A stretch of 64,000 nt of DNA from Octopus bimaculoides. Taxonomy: Eukaryota. Positions 25,984 to 39,449 of this stretch are shown one piece after another; positions within the stretch are counted from its first letter, which is position 1, and the number at the start of each line of letters is the position of its first letter. The translations under genes were made by a program, and so were the position numbers. A model generated the notes under the pieces. That model worked only from the letters and a program-made list of their open reading frames with translations. It made no database searches and was not told the DNA's origin. The stretch covers positions 26,087,684 to 26,151,683 of the forward strand of contig NC_068986.1 of the NCBI RefSeq assembly GCF_001194135.2. The letters are read 5' to 3'.

Positions 25984-28900
25984 AGATTCACATGCAAACA
26001 CTCACTAGAAACAACACTGTTTTACAGGGATTTTATGTGCATTTTATAATGAACCTATGTACAAGCATAATTACTGAGAGAATAAAACACTGAATTCAGT
26101 AGTAGTCCTATTTTCAATTAGCACGTGCACACACACATTTCATTTTATCCTCCTTTTATTTACTATTTCCACACAGATCACACAGCTGAATATACTATCT
26201 ATACATACACACACAAACACACATGCACCACATTTGCTTAGAAGTAATAGTCTAATTGCAAAACCCAGCAATAGAAAAAAATAGCAAAGTGAGGTAAAAA
26301 ATCACAATAGTATTAACCCTTTTGTAAACCATATTACTGTTGAAGTACACTGTTTCTGTTTTAATTAATTTTGAGAATAATGAAGAATCCAGTTAAATAA
26401 TTTTTTGTCACTATTAATCTGGTGTTTGAAACATAGATTAACATGCAACTTTGATGGAAGGTTTTAATTTAAATCACTTATGTTATCTTGAAGCTGGAAC
26501 AACAATTTCTGCTATTCTTTTTATATTTACACATCATAAACACAATGGAAATATGATATTTGCATCTGCAAGTGCCCCAATAAACACACATAAGAATTTG
26601 AAAAGAAAGAATAGTAAATATCACAAACAAGTGGTTCTTGTTCTATCAATGGGCTTGCTGCTGTCCTTTTTTTTACTCTAATTGGTGTTTGTAAGTCTAA
26701 TAGAATTTATATTAAATTTTCAGTCATTAATTTATAAATTTCACAATGAAAGCCTGTACAGTAGTTGACACATCCAGTACAATAGAAAATGCATCCAGCC
26801 ATAAAAAACCATGCCAAAGAAGACATTAAAGCATGACACAGTCTTCTGGTTTGTCAGATCCTGTCAAACCATCTAACTCAAGTCAGCAATGCCTTGGAAT
26901 AACTACATTTACTTGTATCTGCCCTTTCTACTACTAGCTACGTGGAATAATGCAAACTGTTATCAACCAGAATAGCTGAAACAGGCTGATAATAGTCAGT
27001 TGCTGAAAGATACCATATGACTGTCATAAATTCCAGCACCTTAACCTGATGGTACTTTCATATCTACCAACAACAGTTTATTGAGCAATCACTAATTAGT
27101 CAAGTCAAAACACTAAATAAACACTATACTTCTAAATGGAGGCAAGATAGGTCATAAATTCAAACCTGTTGTTGAGCATATTATTCTATACTGTCTCAAT
27201 CAACCTGTCAAGAATAGGTCTCTTATCTAAGAATATTTCTGATCGACTTATCCTACCCAGGAAAAGATATAGTTCTCTTCTGTTATATGCCATAAACCTG
27301 AAGTTAAGTACCAACTCTCAAAGAACCATTCAATACAGAAAAAATAATTTATTTATTATATACTTCCAACTACATTTAATAATCTACTATGACCTCATCT
27401 ATAATATTTCAATAAAAAATTCCCCAATTCTTTTGTGGAACTAGACTGACTTATTGTTGCTTAGTTGTAATATCCCTTGCACAGAAATTAATGTAGAGAA
27501 TTTCATATATTTAATATATAAGGCATATGTGACTTTCTAAATGTTCTAACATAATGAAAGAAAAAAATTTCCTAAGTAAATAAAACCTTATATATTTATT
27601 GTTCCAATGAAAAACTTTTTCTAGGTTATCAACATTGTCTGGAGAAATAACCTATTAAATGGCATTGCAATTCTTTCCTTTAAGAGAGAGAAAAGAAGAA
27701 TCAGAAATACTTTTATGGAGAAATCATTATTTAATTAGCAAACTACTAGACACAGAGAAAAGCTACTCGACAGCTTAGCTTTGATGGATTGGCTGAAATC
27801 CCGAACATTATACTAATTAGGTGATTTAACCCTTTGACTCCAGTTTGTGATTTTCTTTAGAACTGTATTAATTTTATTTACTGATTAAAAGTATTTGCTG
27901 AAAACAGTGCATAGTCACACTTCATGCTAAGCTGTAGAGCTTATCTTATTTCTTTAATAAATGTTGCAAATTCACAAACAGAGCAAAGCAGCATTTAGCT
28001 TTCAGTTACTTTATGGCATGAAATCTCATTGTATTGTCTTCAGGATTTGGGTTTTATTACTATTTTCATGATTTGTGGTTTTATTATCACTTAGCACCTT
28101 TATTGTGAACTAGTTTGAATACTTTAAATTAAGAAGGAAAGGGAAAAAAATAAACTTGAAAAAGAAAATCAATTGAATTCACTGAAAATTTCAATGCATA
28201 AATGATTTGAAATTTATACATTTAACTATTTAACTATTATTTACTGTCAATAAGCTGAAGACATAATTACAGATTACTTCTTGGCAGTATTTCTCTAAAT
28301 ATACAATTTGAAATAACTTTAACACAATAAACTGTAATCTCTAATAAACCCCTAATAAAATTAGAAAAATTCTTAAGATGTTACAGCTATTCCTTTGAAT
28401 AGATATATTGCAATCAAGGGAAGAAAAAAAATTATGTAAGCTGCATAGTTAAGAAGTTTGCTCCCCAAACTTGAGGTTTGGTCCCACACTGTGGCACTAA
28501 GAAGATTGATACAAAACTGAACAATCATGACTCCTATGCTTTTGTGTTATTTTCTCCTACACTACTGAAATAGAAGTAAAATTAATTTTAAGTGTACATT
28601 CTTGTAGTAGTAGTAGTAGTAGTAGCAGTAGTAGTAGTAATAGCGTGTGTGTATACACACACACACACACACACACACTTAGTATATAGTGTATAAGTAG
28701 AAATTAAGTACAATTTTGGTGTTTTGATGTTTCTGTTTCATTTTTACATTTTACTTTTGAATTGTTTCAACATGTTAGGGGGGAAAAAAAAACACCCAGA
28801 GCTTATATAACCTTTGGGTATAGTTGAAGCAGGCTGGATAAATTAACAGTTGAAATGATTACTAATTAAAGTAATTATTAAAATAAAGCCTAATAAAAAT

Positions 28901-29349
28901 GCAATTTCTATAGATTTATTGGAGCCATATACTAGTCTATTGATGCCTTGCGGGTAGACTGAGTTTTATCACTGTTTCTTTCAAAATTCACATGACCACA
29001 TGGAAATCACCAATTCTACAGAAATTGTCTCATTTGCAACATAGTGAAAATTATGTCAATAAAACTGGCCTACTTCACTATTTTATTCCTCAGCAATTAT
29101 GGTTTGCTTGCTTTTCATTTTTTTTTTTTTCCCACTAATGTATTGATGATACATTATGATGTTTGTATATTCTAAAATAGTGGGTAATGTTTATTGACTA
29201 AATATTAGACTTCATTGAAGAAAAAAGTTACTTTCTGCTAAATAAAACATCTCATATTATATCCAATCTTTCACCTAGCATCAAACTCAGCATTTTCTCA
29301 GCACAACATTATAATGATGGTCTCTACCAATTTAAAAATGTTTTATGTC

Positions 29350-29900
29350 ATCATCATCATTTTTTAATGTCCATTTTTCATGCTTGCATAGGGTGGACAG
29401 TTCAACAGGAACCAATGAACAAGAGGATTGTGCTGAGCCCCACTGTCTGCTTTGGAAATGGTTACTAAGTCCTTCCTAATGCCAACCACTTTACTCAGTG
29501 TACTGGATGCTTTTTACATGGCACTGGTAGTAGTGAGGTCACCAAGTACTTGCAGGATGATCCCTCAAACGAGCAAGTGTGTAGTTTTGAGGGAGGAAAA
29601 AGTATAATAGGGAAACAGGAAGAGGTGTCTTGCTGAAGAAGGAATACATAGCATCCCCAACTAGGGGGTGGGGGTGGAGAGAGAGAGAAAGAGAGATGGT
29701 GATAGCATACTTTCAAGGTATAAGGTGAATACAAGAGAATAGGATCGAGGAACAGAAAGAGTGGGTGGAGAGGTAAGTTTGAGAGTATGTTAGGTGTGTG
29801 AAAGATTGCTAGAGATGGGTATTGAGATGGATGCAGTGAATTAGGACACATGGGTGAAGGCATGGTCAATGATGAATATCAGTTTGGAGAAAATGAAAGA
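29350..29900 (-). mobile_element. Retroposon 3' region with purine-rich interior; homologues at ~51400-52200(+) and ~39500-39820(+)
   Basis: Shared tgcaagt(t)acttggtgacctcact...cagtgcca...aaaaagca motif and (ATG)n-type tail. Confidence 0.6.
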
Positions 29901-30334
29901 AATAGGAGTGGATCAGAGGGGACTTTTTGATTAACATATAATAATTTCCAGTTATCAATTATGATATATGAGGGTTAAAAGAAAGGGTTTGCATAGCTTG
30001 TTAATTACATTATTTTTTTTTCCTTACCATCAATATTTCCAAAAGTGTATAATAATGCAGGAAGTGATTTATACTTTTTTTACTGTTGTTTCTTCTCTAG
30101 TTGTGTATTTGCCCCTTTTATTCAAGTTAAATTTCCCCATAGTCCCCAGGCTTTTGAAAGGTCTTTCTACTCAATAAGCTGATTTTAATAATGAAAACAA
30201 ACTCACTTTTCCAGTTTCATTTCTCAACTGAGTAGGTAGACCTATTACACTGCAGTCTTTTAAAACTTTGAACACAGTTCACAAAACCCAAGGAGTCTAC
30301 TGGTCTAAGGTTGGGAACTGTTTATCTATGCTAT

Positions 30335-30628
30335 GATGGACCCACCTGTCAAAGGCACAGATGAGTGTTCGGCTTTTGCTGAACAACCTGCACAAATGAT
30401 TTGTTTATAGTGATCAAACATATGTGCTGTACATGAACTCACTCTCTCCATCACATCGACATTGCCTGAGCAGGTTCACAGTGTACCACACGTCAGGTAT
30501 TGAAGTGATCACAGAGCAACATGAGATGAAATGTTTTGCTCAGGAATACAAGGCACCACCCAGTCTAGGAATTGAAACCACGATCTCACAATCATGAGTG
30601 CAACACCCGAACCACTAGTCCATGAGCC
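30335..30628 (-). mobile_element. tRNA-headed SINE of a third family; related head at ~38610-38720(+)
   Basis: Reverse complement begins ggctcatggactagtggttcgggtgttgcactcatgattgtgagatcgtggtttcaattcc, with A/B-box-like motifs. Confidence 0.65.
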
Positions 30629-32629
30629 ATCTTGTATCTTTTATCTATGCTATAGCAAGGATAATATTACTAATTAAATCAAGGGTGGTAGAGTTGTCAA
30701 AAAAGGGAGAATACAGACTAAATACTACTTTAATTCCTCCAAGTTCAAGGGTTAATTTTGCCTTTCATCTATCAGAGGTCATTAAAATAAGTTTTAAAAT
30801 CCTATGGAATCAGTTCAATCAACCATACCACTCTTCAATAAAATTTTGCACTGCACTTTTCAATAGAAATTTAAATTAAAATGATTAAAAAACCCTCAAG
30901 CTATGTTTCTAAATTTTTTTAAAAACTAATTTGCATTTTCACTGTTCTTTTAAAGGAGACAAATTACTGAAATTTGAAACCAATATTACACAATAACAGT
31001 TATCACTAGTTTTATTTTAATACTCCTAAGGGAAAACATCCAGATTTCTGTTCAGAAGATTGGATAAAAAATTTGCCTAATAATATCATTTAGTAATACT
31101 TTGGTTTGTCTGGTTTAATATTTGCAAATCACAAAGTAAACCAAATTATACAAACTGAAAAATCAATATATATTTATAGCCTCAATCTGCTCCCCATTTA
31201 TAAATATTAATGGTATTTTATTTACTTATATATTTATTTTTTACTGGTCTAATGAAAGAGATTCCTTACTTCATAGCAATATTTCATAATTGAAATGCTA
31301 TTTTATCTATAATCTATCTTGTATCTCTTATGATCAGTAAAAGAAAATGATACTGGCACTAAATATATTGATGGCATTCGTAACCATAATCATTGATATG
31401 TCAACAAAATAACCATGTTGCAGGATTGAATTTTTGTTGGTTCTTTTCTTCTTTTTACTTTTAAAAAGGAAAAAAAAGTTACCAGGGAAATTGAGGTTTT
31501 CTGTTGGTGTCCATTTGATAGAAAACCCCAATTAGCCAGGTATTCTCATTGTACTCAAGCTTTCAAGTTAACTGTACTTTTTAATACAGTCTAAAAAATG
31601 ATTTTTGTATTTTCATAATATACTTTATCAAATGCTTTTCATTAGTTAATAAAAATATGAATTAGAAACAAAAAACAAAAAAAAATTGAAATAATTAGAA
31701 ATAAACTTAACTAGCAAACTGTGTTCTAGATACTTCTAATGGTGTACCCTACATTACAAATTAAACATATTACTTGACATTTTCCCTTTCAGTACTTATT
31801 TAAGACTTTTTAAATGGACTTTCAACTAGGTAGTAAAATATGTTCGATTCGAGTTTTCTAAAAAATCAATCAGAAATAATGTATTGATGTGCTCATCTTC
31901 ATTAATGAATAGATGTATATCACAAGAGAACATACAGATTAACTGGAATAACCCCCCCCCCCNNNNNNNNNNNNNNAACCCCCCGTTATTAACACCTAAG
32001 AATCAATCCCACATCATCCCTCAGTTAATATTGAACTACATTATAGTTTAGGCAATAGGCCATTGCAATTATTTCATTACTATTTGGAAACTTATATGAA
32101 TATGTTGATATTTCATTATCTTCACATCATTTTTACGACTTGTCAATTACTGCAAGGAATTGGGCACAAGTTAAATTACATACATGTTATTTATTCAAGA
32201 GCTCTATGATGGTATAAGATGTATAAATGTATACAAAATAAATTAAAACATAGAATGTTTGAAACTATAGCCTATGACAACCTAGAGAGCTTTGGAAAAT
32301 ATACTTCTATTGCATGCAAACATTCAGCAATGTACTACAAGACAGATGGATAGATACCCCCACATATACAGAGCCCATATGCACACACAAAAACACTTTT
32401 AAACTAAATCAAACTACAGATATGGTCATTAATATACAGAGCTATAGGCATACAAACAAATACATATATAGAACATATACACCCCAACTAAATGTGAGAG
32501 TGCATATATAACCGAAAGGCAGAAATATATGTCAGTGACTAAGGGCACTAGTCAGCACCAGTATTGCTTTAAAACAACTTGTAGCAACAAGAACCTAATC
32601 TTAATGATACACACACACACACATATATA

Positions 32630-32783
32630 GGTGCAGACATAGCTGTGTGGATAAGATTTTTGCTTCTTAATCCAACTGTGTAGCACCTTGGGCAAGTGTT
32701 TTCAAGTATAGCTTCACACCAACCAAAGCCTTCTGAGTGAATTTGGTCAATGGGAACTGAAAGAAGCCCGTTGTATATATATT

Positions 32784-32839
<56 letters not shown>

Positions 32840-33067
32840 AGTGTCTCCTTGTTTTGACACTATGTAATATTTGTCACTGTCATAAGGCAGTGTCCTTCAT
32901 TTCCAGTCTCTCATGAAAACATGTCTGATCATGGGAAAATATTACCTTACATGAAAACAGGTGAAGGTTAGTGACAGGAAGCATATCTAGCAGTAGAAAA
33001 TCAACCTCAAATTCTGTCTGACCCATGCAAGCAAGGAAAATTGGATGTTAAAATGATGGTGATAATG
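32630..33067 (+). mobile_element. Composite SINE: CORE-like head, (TG/AG)n, tail ending acccatgcaagc...atgatg
   Basis: gcaccttgggcaagtgt, gaactgaaagaagccc and aatattacctt...aaacaggtga motifs; reverse-oriented homologues at 50522-50900 and 55810-56185. Confidence 0.75.
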
Positions 33068-33550
33068 TATATACGAAAGTTACTGATGGACTTGTTTTAA
33101 TTATATTTGATCCTGTAAAACTGCAAGCATACACACAGATCTATCTGTAAATCTCTCTCTATCTTTTATGCACACACACACAAAATGTTGCATGAATTCA
33201 AAGAACATTATTTTCAAGTAAAGCCAATGTTATCAACAGATTCTCAGACATATGGTTAAAAACATCAGTTGCATCCTATTATGCATATGCATTTACATCT
33301 TCTAACAAAGCACCATACACTAACACAATAATCCACACATGCTATCTTCCCAGATAAAGACTGAACTAAAAAACAGCAAGTGGATGTTCCTCATATCACC
33401 ATACATACATATTCAGCTCCAATAATTTAACTACCAAATTTCTGTACTTGGTTATGAATAGAATATTTTTTTTTAAATTCAGTTTTGCTGCCATTTTCTC
33501 TGACACTTCTAGTATTTGGCACACACAATTATTATTATTGTTATTATTAT

Positions 33551-33974
33551 TAAGGTGGCAAGCTGGCAGAATCGTTAGCATGCTGGGCGAAATGCTTGGC
33601 AGCATTTCATCTGTCTTTACGTTCTAGGTTTGAATTCCACCGAGGTTGACTTTGCCTTTCATCCTTTCAGGGTTGATAAAATAACTACCAGTTGAACACT
33701 GGGGTAGATGTAATCAACTCACCCCCTCCCTTGAAATTGCTGCCCTTGTGGCAAAATTTGAAACCATTATTATTATTATTATTATTTATCATTATTAAGG
33801 TAGCAAACTGACAGTCATTAGCATGCTGGGTAAAATGCTTAGTAGCATTTTGTCCATCTTTACATTCTGAGTTCAAATTCTACCTTTCATCCTTGCAGGG
33901 TCAATAAAATTAAATGCCAGTTGAACACTGAGGTTAATGTAATCAACTTACCCACTCCTCCAAAATTTGAAACC
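33551..33974 (+). mobile_element. Tandem pair of a second tRNA-derived SINE family, separated by (ATT)n
   Basis: Two copies (33551-33765 and 33796-33974) of ggtggcaagctggcagaatcgttagcatgctggg...ttgcctttcatccttt...aaatttgaaacc. Another copy at 11951-12170, and fragments at ~13615-13700(-) and ~40520-40620. Confidence 0.8.
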
Positions 33975-34385
33975 TTTATTATCATTATTACTATTATTAT
34001 TCATTATTAGCGACAAGTACAATATTAGATCAGTATAGCATTTTGTTTATCATACTTAAAATAGATATGCTGCTGAAAATCTTGAAACTATGGTATTCGT
34101 CTTGAGAAGGCATTTTGTGTAGCATTTTTAGTCTGCTGCTGATACATTTCTATGTTTTTGATACTATACATCTAAATGAGATACTTTCTCAAGACAAATA
34201 TCACAGTTTCAAGGCTTTCAACTGTATGACAATTAGGATATACCAAATATTATTATCATTATTTCTTAATTTGGGATACCTTGATTTTGGAGAGAAAAGA
34301 GAATGTGCATGCACATCATGAGTTTCAGAATTTTAATTTAGCAGCCTAATTCCAGAATATTGTGAAGGATTTGGGTTATGCACAA

Positions 34386-34421
<36 letters not shown>

Positions 34422-36689
34422 TTTTCAATGTTTACAAAAAACATGGAAAAAATAAATAAATAGTTACCAGGGTAGCAAAAGTTCACACAAGTACCAAGGA
34501 TGTAACAGCCTACTTATAAAGGTAGAAATTCTAGGTTTTGGTGAAATGCTTTTGTATAACATAAATAAATAAATGGAGTTAAATGCAGGTGTTATTCAAA
34601 TCTTTATACTTCCAACATATGTTTCAAAGAAAACATTGGTATTATTCCATGGAAAAAACAAGAGAAATGTACCAGCATTCCCTTCATCATATATGCAGTA
34701 ATCACATTTGGTTAAAATGTCTTATTGATGCATTTTGTTTCTCTTTTTTTCCCTGATGAGAAAATTGCATTGTTTTACATCGTTTTATTCCTTCTGAAAT
34801 AATACCAATATTTTCTTTGAAATATATGTCANNNNNNNNNNNNNNNNNNNNNNNNNNNNNNNNNNNNNNNNNNNNNNNNNNNNNNNNNNNNNNNNNNNNN
34901 NNNNNNNNNNNNNNNNNNNNNNNNNNNNNNNNNNNNNNNNNNNNNNNNNNNNNNNNNNNNNNNNNNNNNNNNNNNNNNNNNTATATATATACATACACAC
35001 ACACACACATATATTAGTAAGTATAATTATAATTGTTAAAGTTGACTATGAAAAGTAGCTGATTTTAGCAATAATAGTTATATTTACTCTAACAGGCACT
35101 GAATATACTTTGTACTGGCAAAATTGATACCATATCAGTAAGTATGTCTTTTTGTGTCTGTGTGCATGTGTATTTGCACACACTTGTGTTTCACACTTGT
35201 GAAAATAAATTCAGATAATTAAACATACATAAGTAGGTACATGAACGATATGCATTATCAAATTAATTAAACAAATCTAAACTCTAAATCCCCTGATCAA
35301 GAAACAATTTCACACTTTTTAGCCATGCCAAAAAATATTGTTTAGCACAGAGATATTTCTACTTATAGAAGCAAATTTAAAGCTGAAAGTAGGAAACACT
35401 GATTTAGTAGAATATTCTAACATCAATGTTCATTCTATTTCTTAAGCAGAGTGTATATTTTCCTTTATAAACTAAAAGAAATTTATAGCTCAGCAAATAA
35501 TAAAATTTGCATACTTTCAACAGCTCCCCATAGAAATTAAATCAAGATTGGTATCATACTTGTCGTTTTCAAACATTTAAAAAAAGTTTTGACACTATAT
35601 ATGCTTAGCTAAGAAAATATAATATTTTTCCAAATATATAGTATTTTTACTAACATTGTAATCAATAATACTGAAACAATTTGGCATGATCATCATTAAA
35701 AAATATCCACCTACTATACTCCCAATCATCATTATCAAAATCACACACACACACTCTCTCTCGCCTTCAGATATCTGTAAAACCCTATCATATTCTAGTC
35801 TGCAGGCAGACAAACTTATCTTGGAATGTTTATGGCTTTCTAAGTTGCACTTTAAATACTGCTGCCAAAAATTAGACAGAACAATAAATAAAATAAAAAA
35901 TAACTAAAAATCAACAACAATTATATTTTTTTTCTTTCCAATATTGCTGGAAACAATAAAACAAAAGCAAAGCAAATATAAACAATTTGAAATGTCAACA
36001 TTTTTCAGCAATTAAGAAGCTATTTTGGTAAAGAAAGCAAATCCTACAAAAACAAAACAGAATACATGAATAAGTTAATAGAATCAGAAAAATGAGATAA
36101 TAGTCTAAGGCATATTGGTTAGCACATAATTGTATTAAGGATTCAGTGATACAGCTGTCATAATTAAAATACTGTTTCAAGATGTATGCATAAGGATTGT
36201 GAGGTTTCGTTAGTGAATCATTCATCATAACTATGGGGGAGGACTATATAAGAAATATAGTTCTGATGGGAAATACTTGCTTCTGTTGCTAAATTTCACT
36301 GGATTGTTGAAATCCCATTTTAAAAATATATTGTAAGTTGTTAGCCATTTAGCAATAGTTGTAAATGACTGATGTGTGTGCAGGACCAGAAATAGTGCCA
36401 TCAGCATAGAGTTATAGGAAGTTTACAAGGTAAGGAAGTAATTATGATTTAAAAGTAATTAAGAAGAAAAAAGATCAATGTTTTTGAGCCTAGCTGATTG
36501 AATGTTAACGGTACCAGCACATCTGGGTAATCTGGATATAGTTTCTTCTTTAGTTTATTCTTGAGTCACATCAAGCGAAGAGTGATAATACAAGTGTCTA
36601 TTCTGTTATATAGCCTATGCCTGAAATTCTGAAAACTTTTATGGTCACCACAAAAGAGAAAGATGTCCTTCCTAATGCCAACCACTCCA

Positions 36690-36850
36690 AGAGTGTAGTG
36701 GGTGCTTTTTACATGCCACCAGCATGGGAGCCAGTCGGGTGGCACTGGCATCGACCACATTTAGATGGTGCTTTTTACGTGCCACCAGCATGGGAACCAC
36801 TCAGGTGGCACTTGGCATTGACCCACACATGAATGGTGCTTATTACGTGT
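36690..36850 (+). repeat. ~66-bp degenerate tandem repeat, about 2.5 copies, within a retroposon remnant
   Basis: ggtgcttttta(c)(a/g)tgccaccagcatggga...ggcact recurs at ~36701, ~36767 and partially at ~36835. Confidence 0.7.
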
Positions 36851-36864
36851 TCATTACATATAAA

Positions 36865-37106
36865 CAGGGTTGGTCAAAAGTCACCTGACAGTAAATGAAA
36901 ACCATTTAATTCTTAGATTAAAACAAAAAAAATCATTTTATATGAGACTTCGCTAATAAATAGACAAATGCTGAAAAAAAACCCCAGTGATCTTAACTCA
37001 CAGCATTCAATTATTAAACATTCATAATTGGAACGAATAAATAAAATTGAATATTAAGTATTTATGGAATTTTGATTTACTATCAAGTGACTTTTGGCCA
37101 ACCCTG
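36865..37106. mobile_element. Tc1/mariner-type MITE (242 bp)
   Basis: TIRs CAGGGTTGGTCAAAAGTCACCTGA and TCAAGTGACTTTTGGCCAACCCTG; TA after the right end; AT-rich non-coding interior. Confidence 0.8.
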
Positions 37107-38389
37107 TATATAGTAAAAAAAACGTAACATTAGTTGAGGACTTTATTTTTCAATAGCACAAACAGGAGACAACTGGACATATTTTACCTCTTACAAAAAC
37201 ATTCTCAGAGGAAGTGTAGCAAGATCATAACTTGTTGAAAGTAGTAGCAAGTCACAAAGTAAACATAGGAAAATAAATATTGTTTTTACAGGTTTCATTC
37301 ATTAGACTATGGTAATATATTGACTTGAAGAGAAATACTGAAAAATACAATTGTCTAAGACATAATCAGTGTAATAATTAGACCACAGTTCAGAAAAAAT
37401 TATTTTGGTCTGTATGTCTTTTCAATAAATCTAATATTTAGTAATTTCACTTAGCAACTCCCTAATACTTTGACAAGTTATAGAGAGGTTACACTTTTGC
37501 TGATAAACATTCAACAAGAAGCAACACATGTCTGGAGTTGTCTCCTATCCTTGCTTACTTGCTGATGAAAAAAGAACATAATATTGTTGTTCTTTACAAT
37601 TATATTCGAATATTTGTGATCTTTTTACTGTTCTAATCATTCTTTATTTTTTTCAACTACATACACACATAATCATCACACAAGTGGCATCCTAGATAAT
37701 TTTTAAATAATTTAAGTCCCCTCAAAGGTCATATTTAAATATTGGTAGCAGTAATATAAAGTATTAATGAAGGGAGCTTAAGAAGTTGCCAATAATTAGA
37801 GTGGAATGTTTCACTGCTAATTAGATAAATCATTTTCCTTGTATTTCCAATATGATTGTAGTTTAATTATATTTGGAAACTGTCACAGTACAACTTGTAA
37901 CTTAATTATAGCTTAACAGTTCATTCATGAAGAATAAGAAAAAATATTAGAGGATTTACTGCAACAATAAATATTATTTAAGCCAAAATTAATGCAAACA
38001 TCCCTTGCTGAATTAATAAGTGGGTAGTATATTGTTGATAGCATTAAAATTAGCAGCAATAATTACTAACAACAAAAGAATCATTGTAAGTGAACAGATG
38101 ATGAAAAGGAAAAAGTATCATATATTTATCATGTATTCAAAGAACTAGACACACACACACAGAAGTTGGGAGGAAATCAGTTGATATTTCACTTCATTGT
38201 AATTTAGAGTTTAATGCCACACAATTCAAGTATTTTAAGCAACATCATTGAGCACACATGACATGAAACTGAATCTCAATAGAATGAATACCTACATGAC
38301 TCCTAAAAATGTATATGCATTGAGTACTTTCTCATATGCCAACCAAAGCCTTGTGAGTGGATTTGATAGACAGAAACTGAAAGAAGCCC

Positions 38390-38428
<39 letters not shown>

Positions 38429-38865
38429 CCACATACATACATACCACTCTCAGTGTGGTTGGTGTTAGGAAGGGCATCCAGCTGTAGAAACCATGCCAAA
38501 TCAGACTGGAGTCTGGTGCAGCCTTCCAGTTTGCCAGCCTAGGTCAAACTGTCCAACCCATGCCAGCATGGACAATGAATGTTAAATGATGATGATGAGT
38601 GTGTGTGTGTGTAGGAGGTGGGTTAGGTGGTTAGGGTGTTGCACTAATGATTGAGGTTTTGATTCCTGGATTGGGTAATGCATTGTGTTCTTGGACATAA
38701 CACTTCATTTCACACTGCTACAGTCAGCTCAGCTGGCAAAAATGGAATAATCCTGCGACAGATTGGCACCTCTTCCAGGAGGAAATATATATATACCATG
38801 GAATTCAGGAAATTGATCTTATGAGCCTATGGTTCAAGAAGGACCTGTGATCCTTTATATATATA

Positions 38866-39019
38866 TGGCTGTGTGGTAAGTAGCTTGCTTACCAACCACA
38901 TAGTTCTGGGTTCAATCCCACTGCATGGCATCTTGGGCAAGTGTCTTCTACTATAACTTCGGGCTGACCAAAGACTTGTGAGTGGAGTTGGTAAACGGAA
39001 ACTGAAAGAAGCCCGTCGT

Positions 39020-39065
<46 letters not shown>

Positions 39066-39267
39066 TTGTGTGTCTGAGTTTGTCCCCCCAACATTGCTCG
39101 ACAACCGATGCTGGTGTGTTTAGGTCCCTGTAACTTAGCGCTTTGGCAAAAGAGACCGATAGAATAAGTACTAGGCTTACAAAGTATAAGTCCTGGGGTC
39201 GATTTGCTCGACTAAAGGAAGTGCTCCAGCATGGCCTCAGTCAAATGACTGAAACAAGTAAAAGAGT
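38866..39267 (+). mobile_element. Near full-length tRNA-derived SINE with a CORE-like domain, internal (TA/TG)n and 3' tail
   Basis: Head ggctgtgtggtaagtagc...gggttcaatccc, then atcttgggcaagtgtctt (MIR/CORE-like) and ggaaactgaaagaagccc. Homologous pieces recur at 10195-10420(-), 19170-19300, 32630, 38330, 40630, 50700(-), 56040(-) and 62840. Confidence 0.8.
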
Positions 39268-39395
39268 GTGTATATATATATATATAGGCTGGCCTGCTTA
39301 ACCAGTGGGGTAGCATCATTTGAAACCAAAAACAATGTAAGGAAGCGCGTTGTGACCAGTGGTGTGTAATAACATTTGATAATCTTTTTGAAACA

Positions 39396-39449
<54 letters not shown>

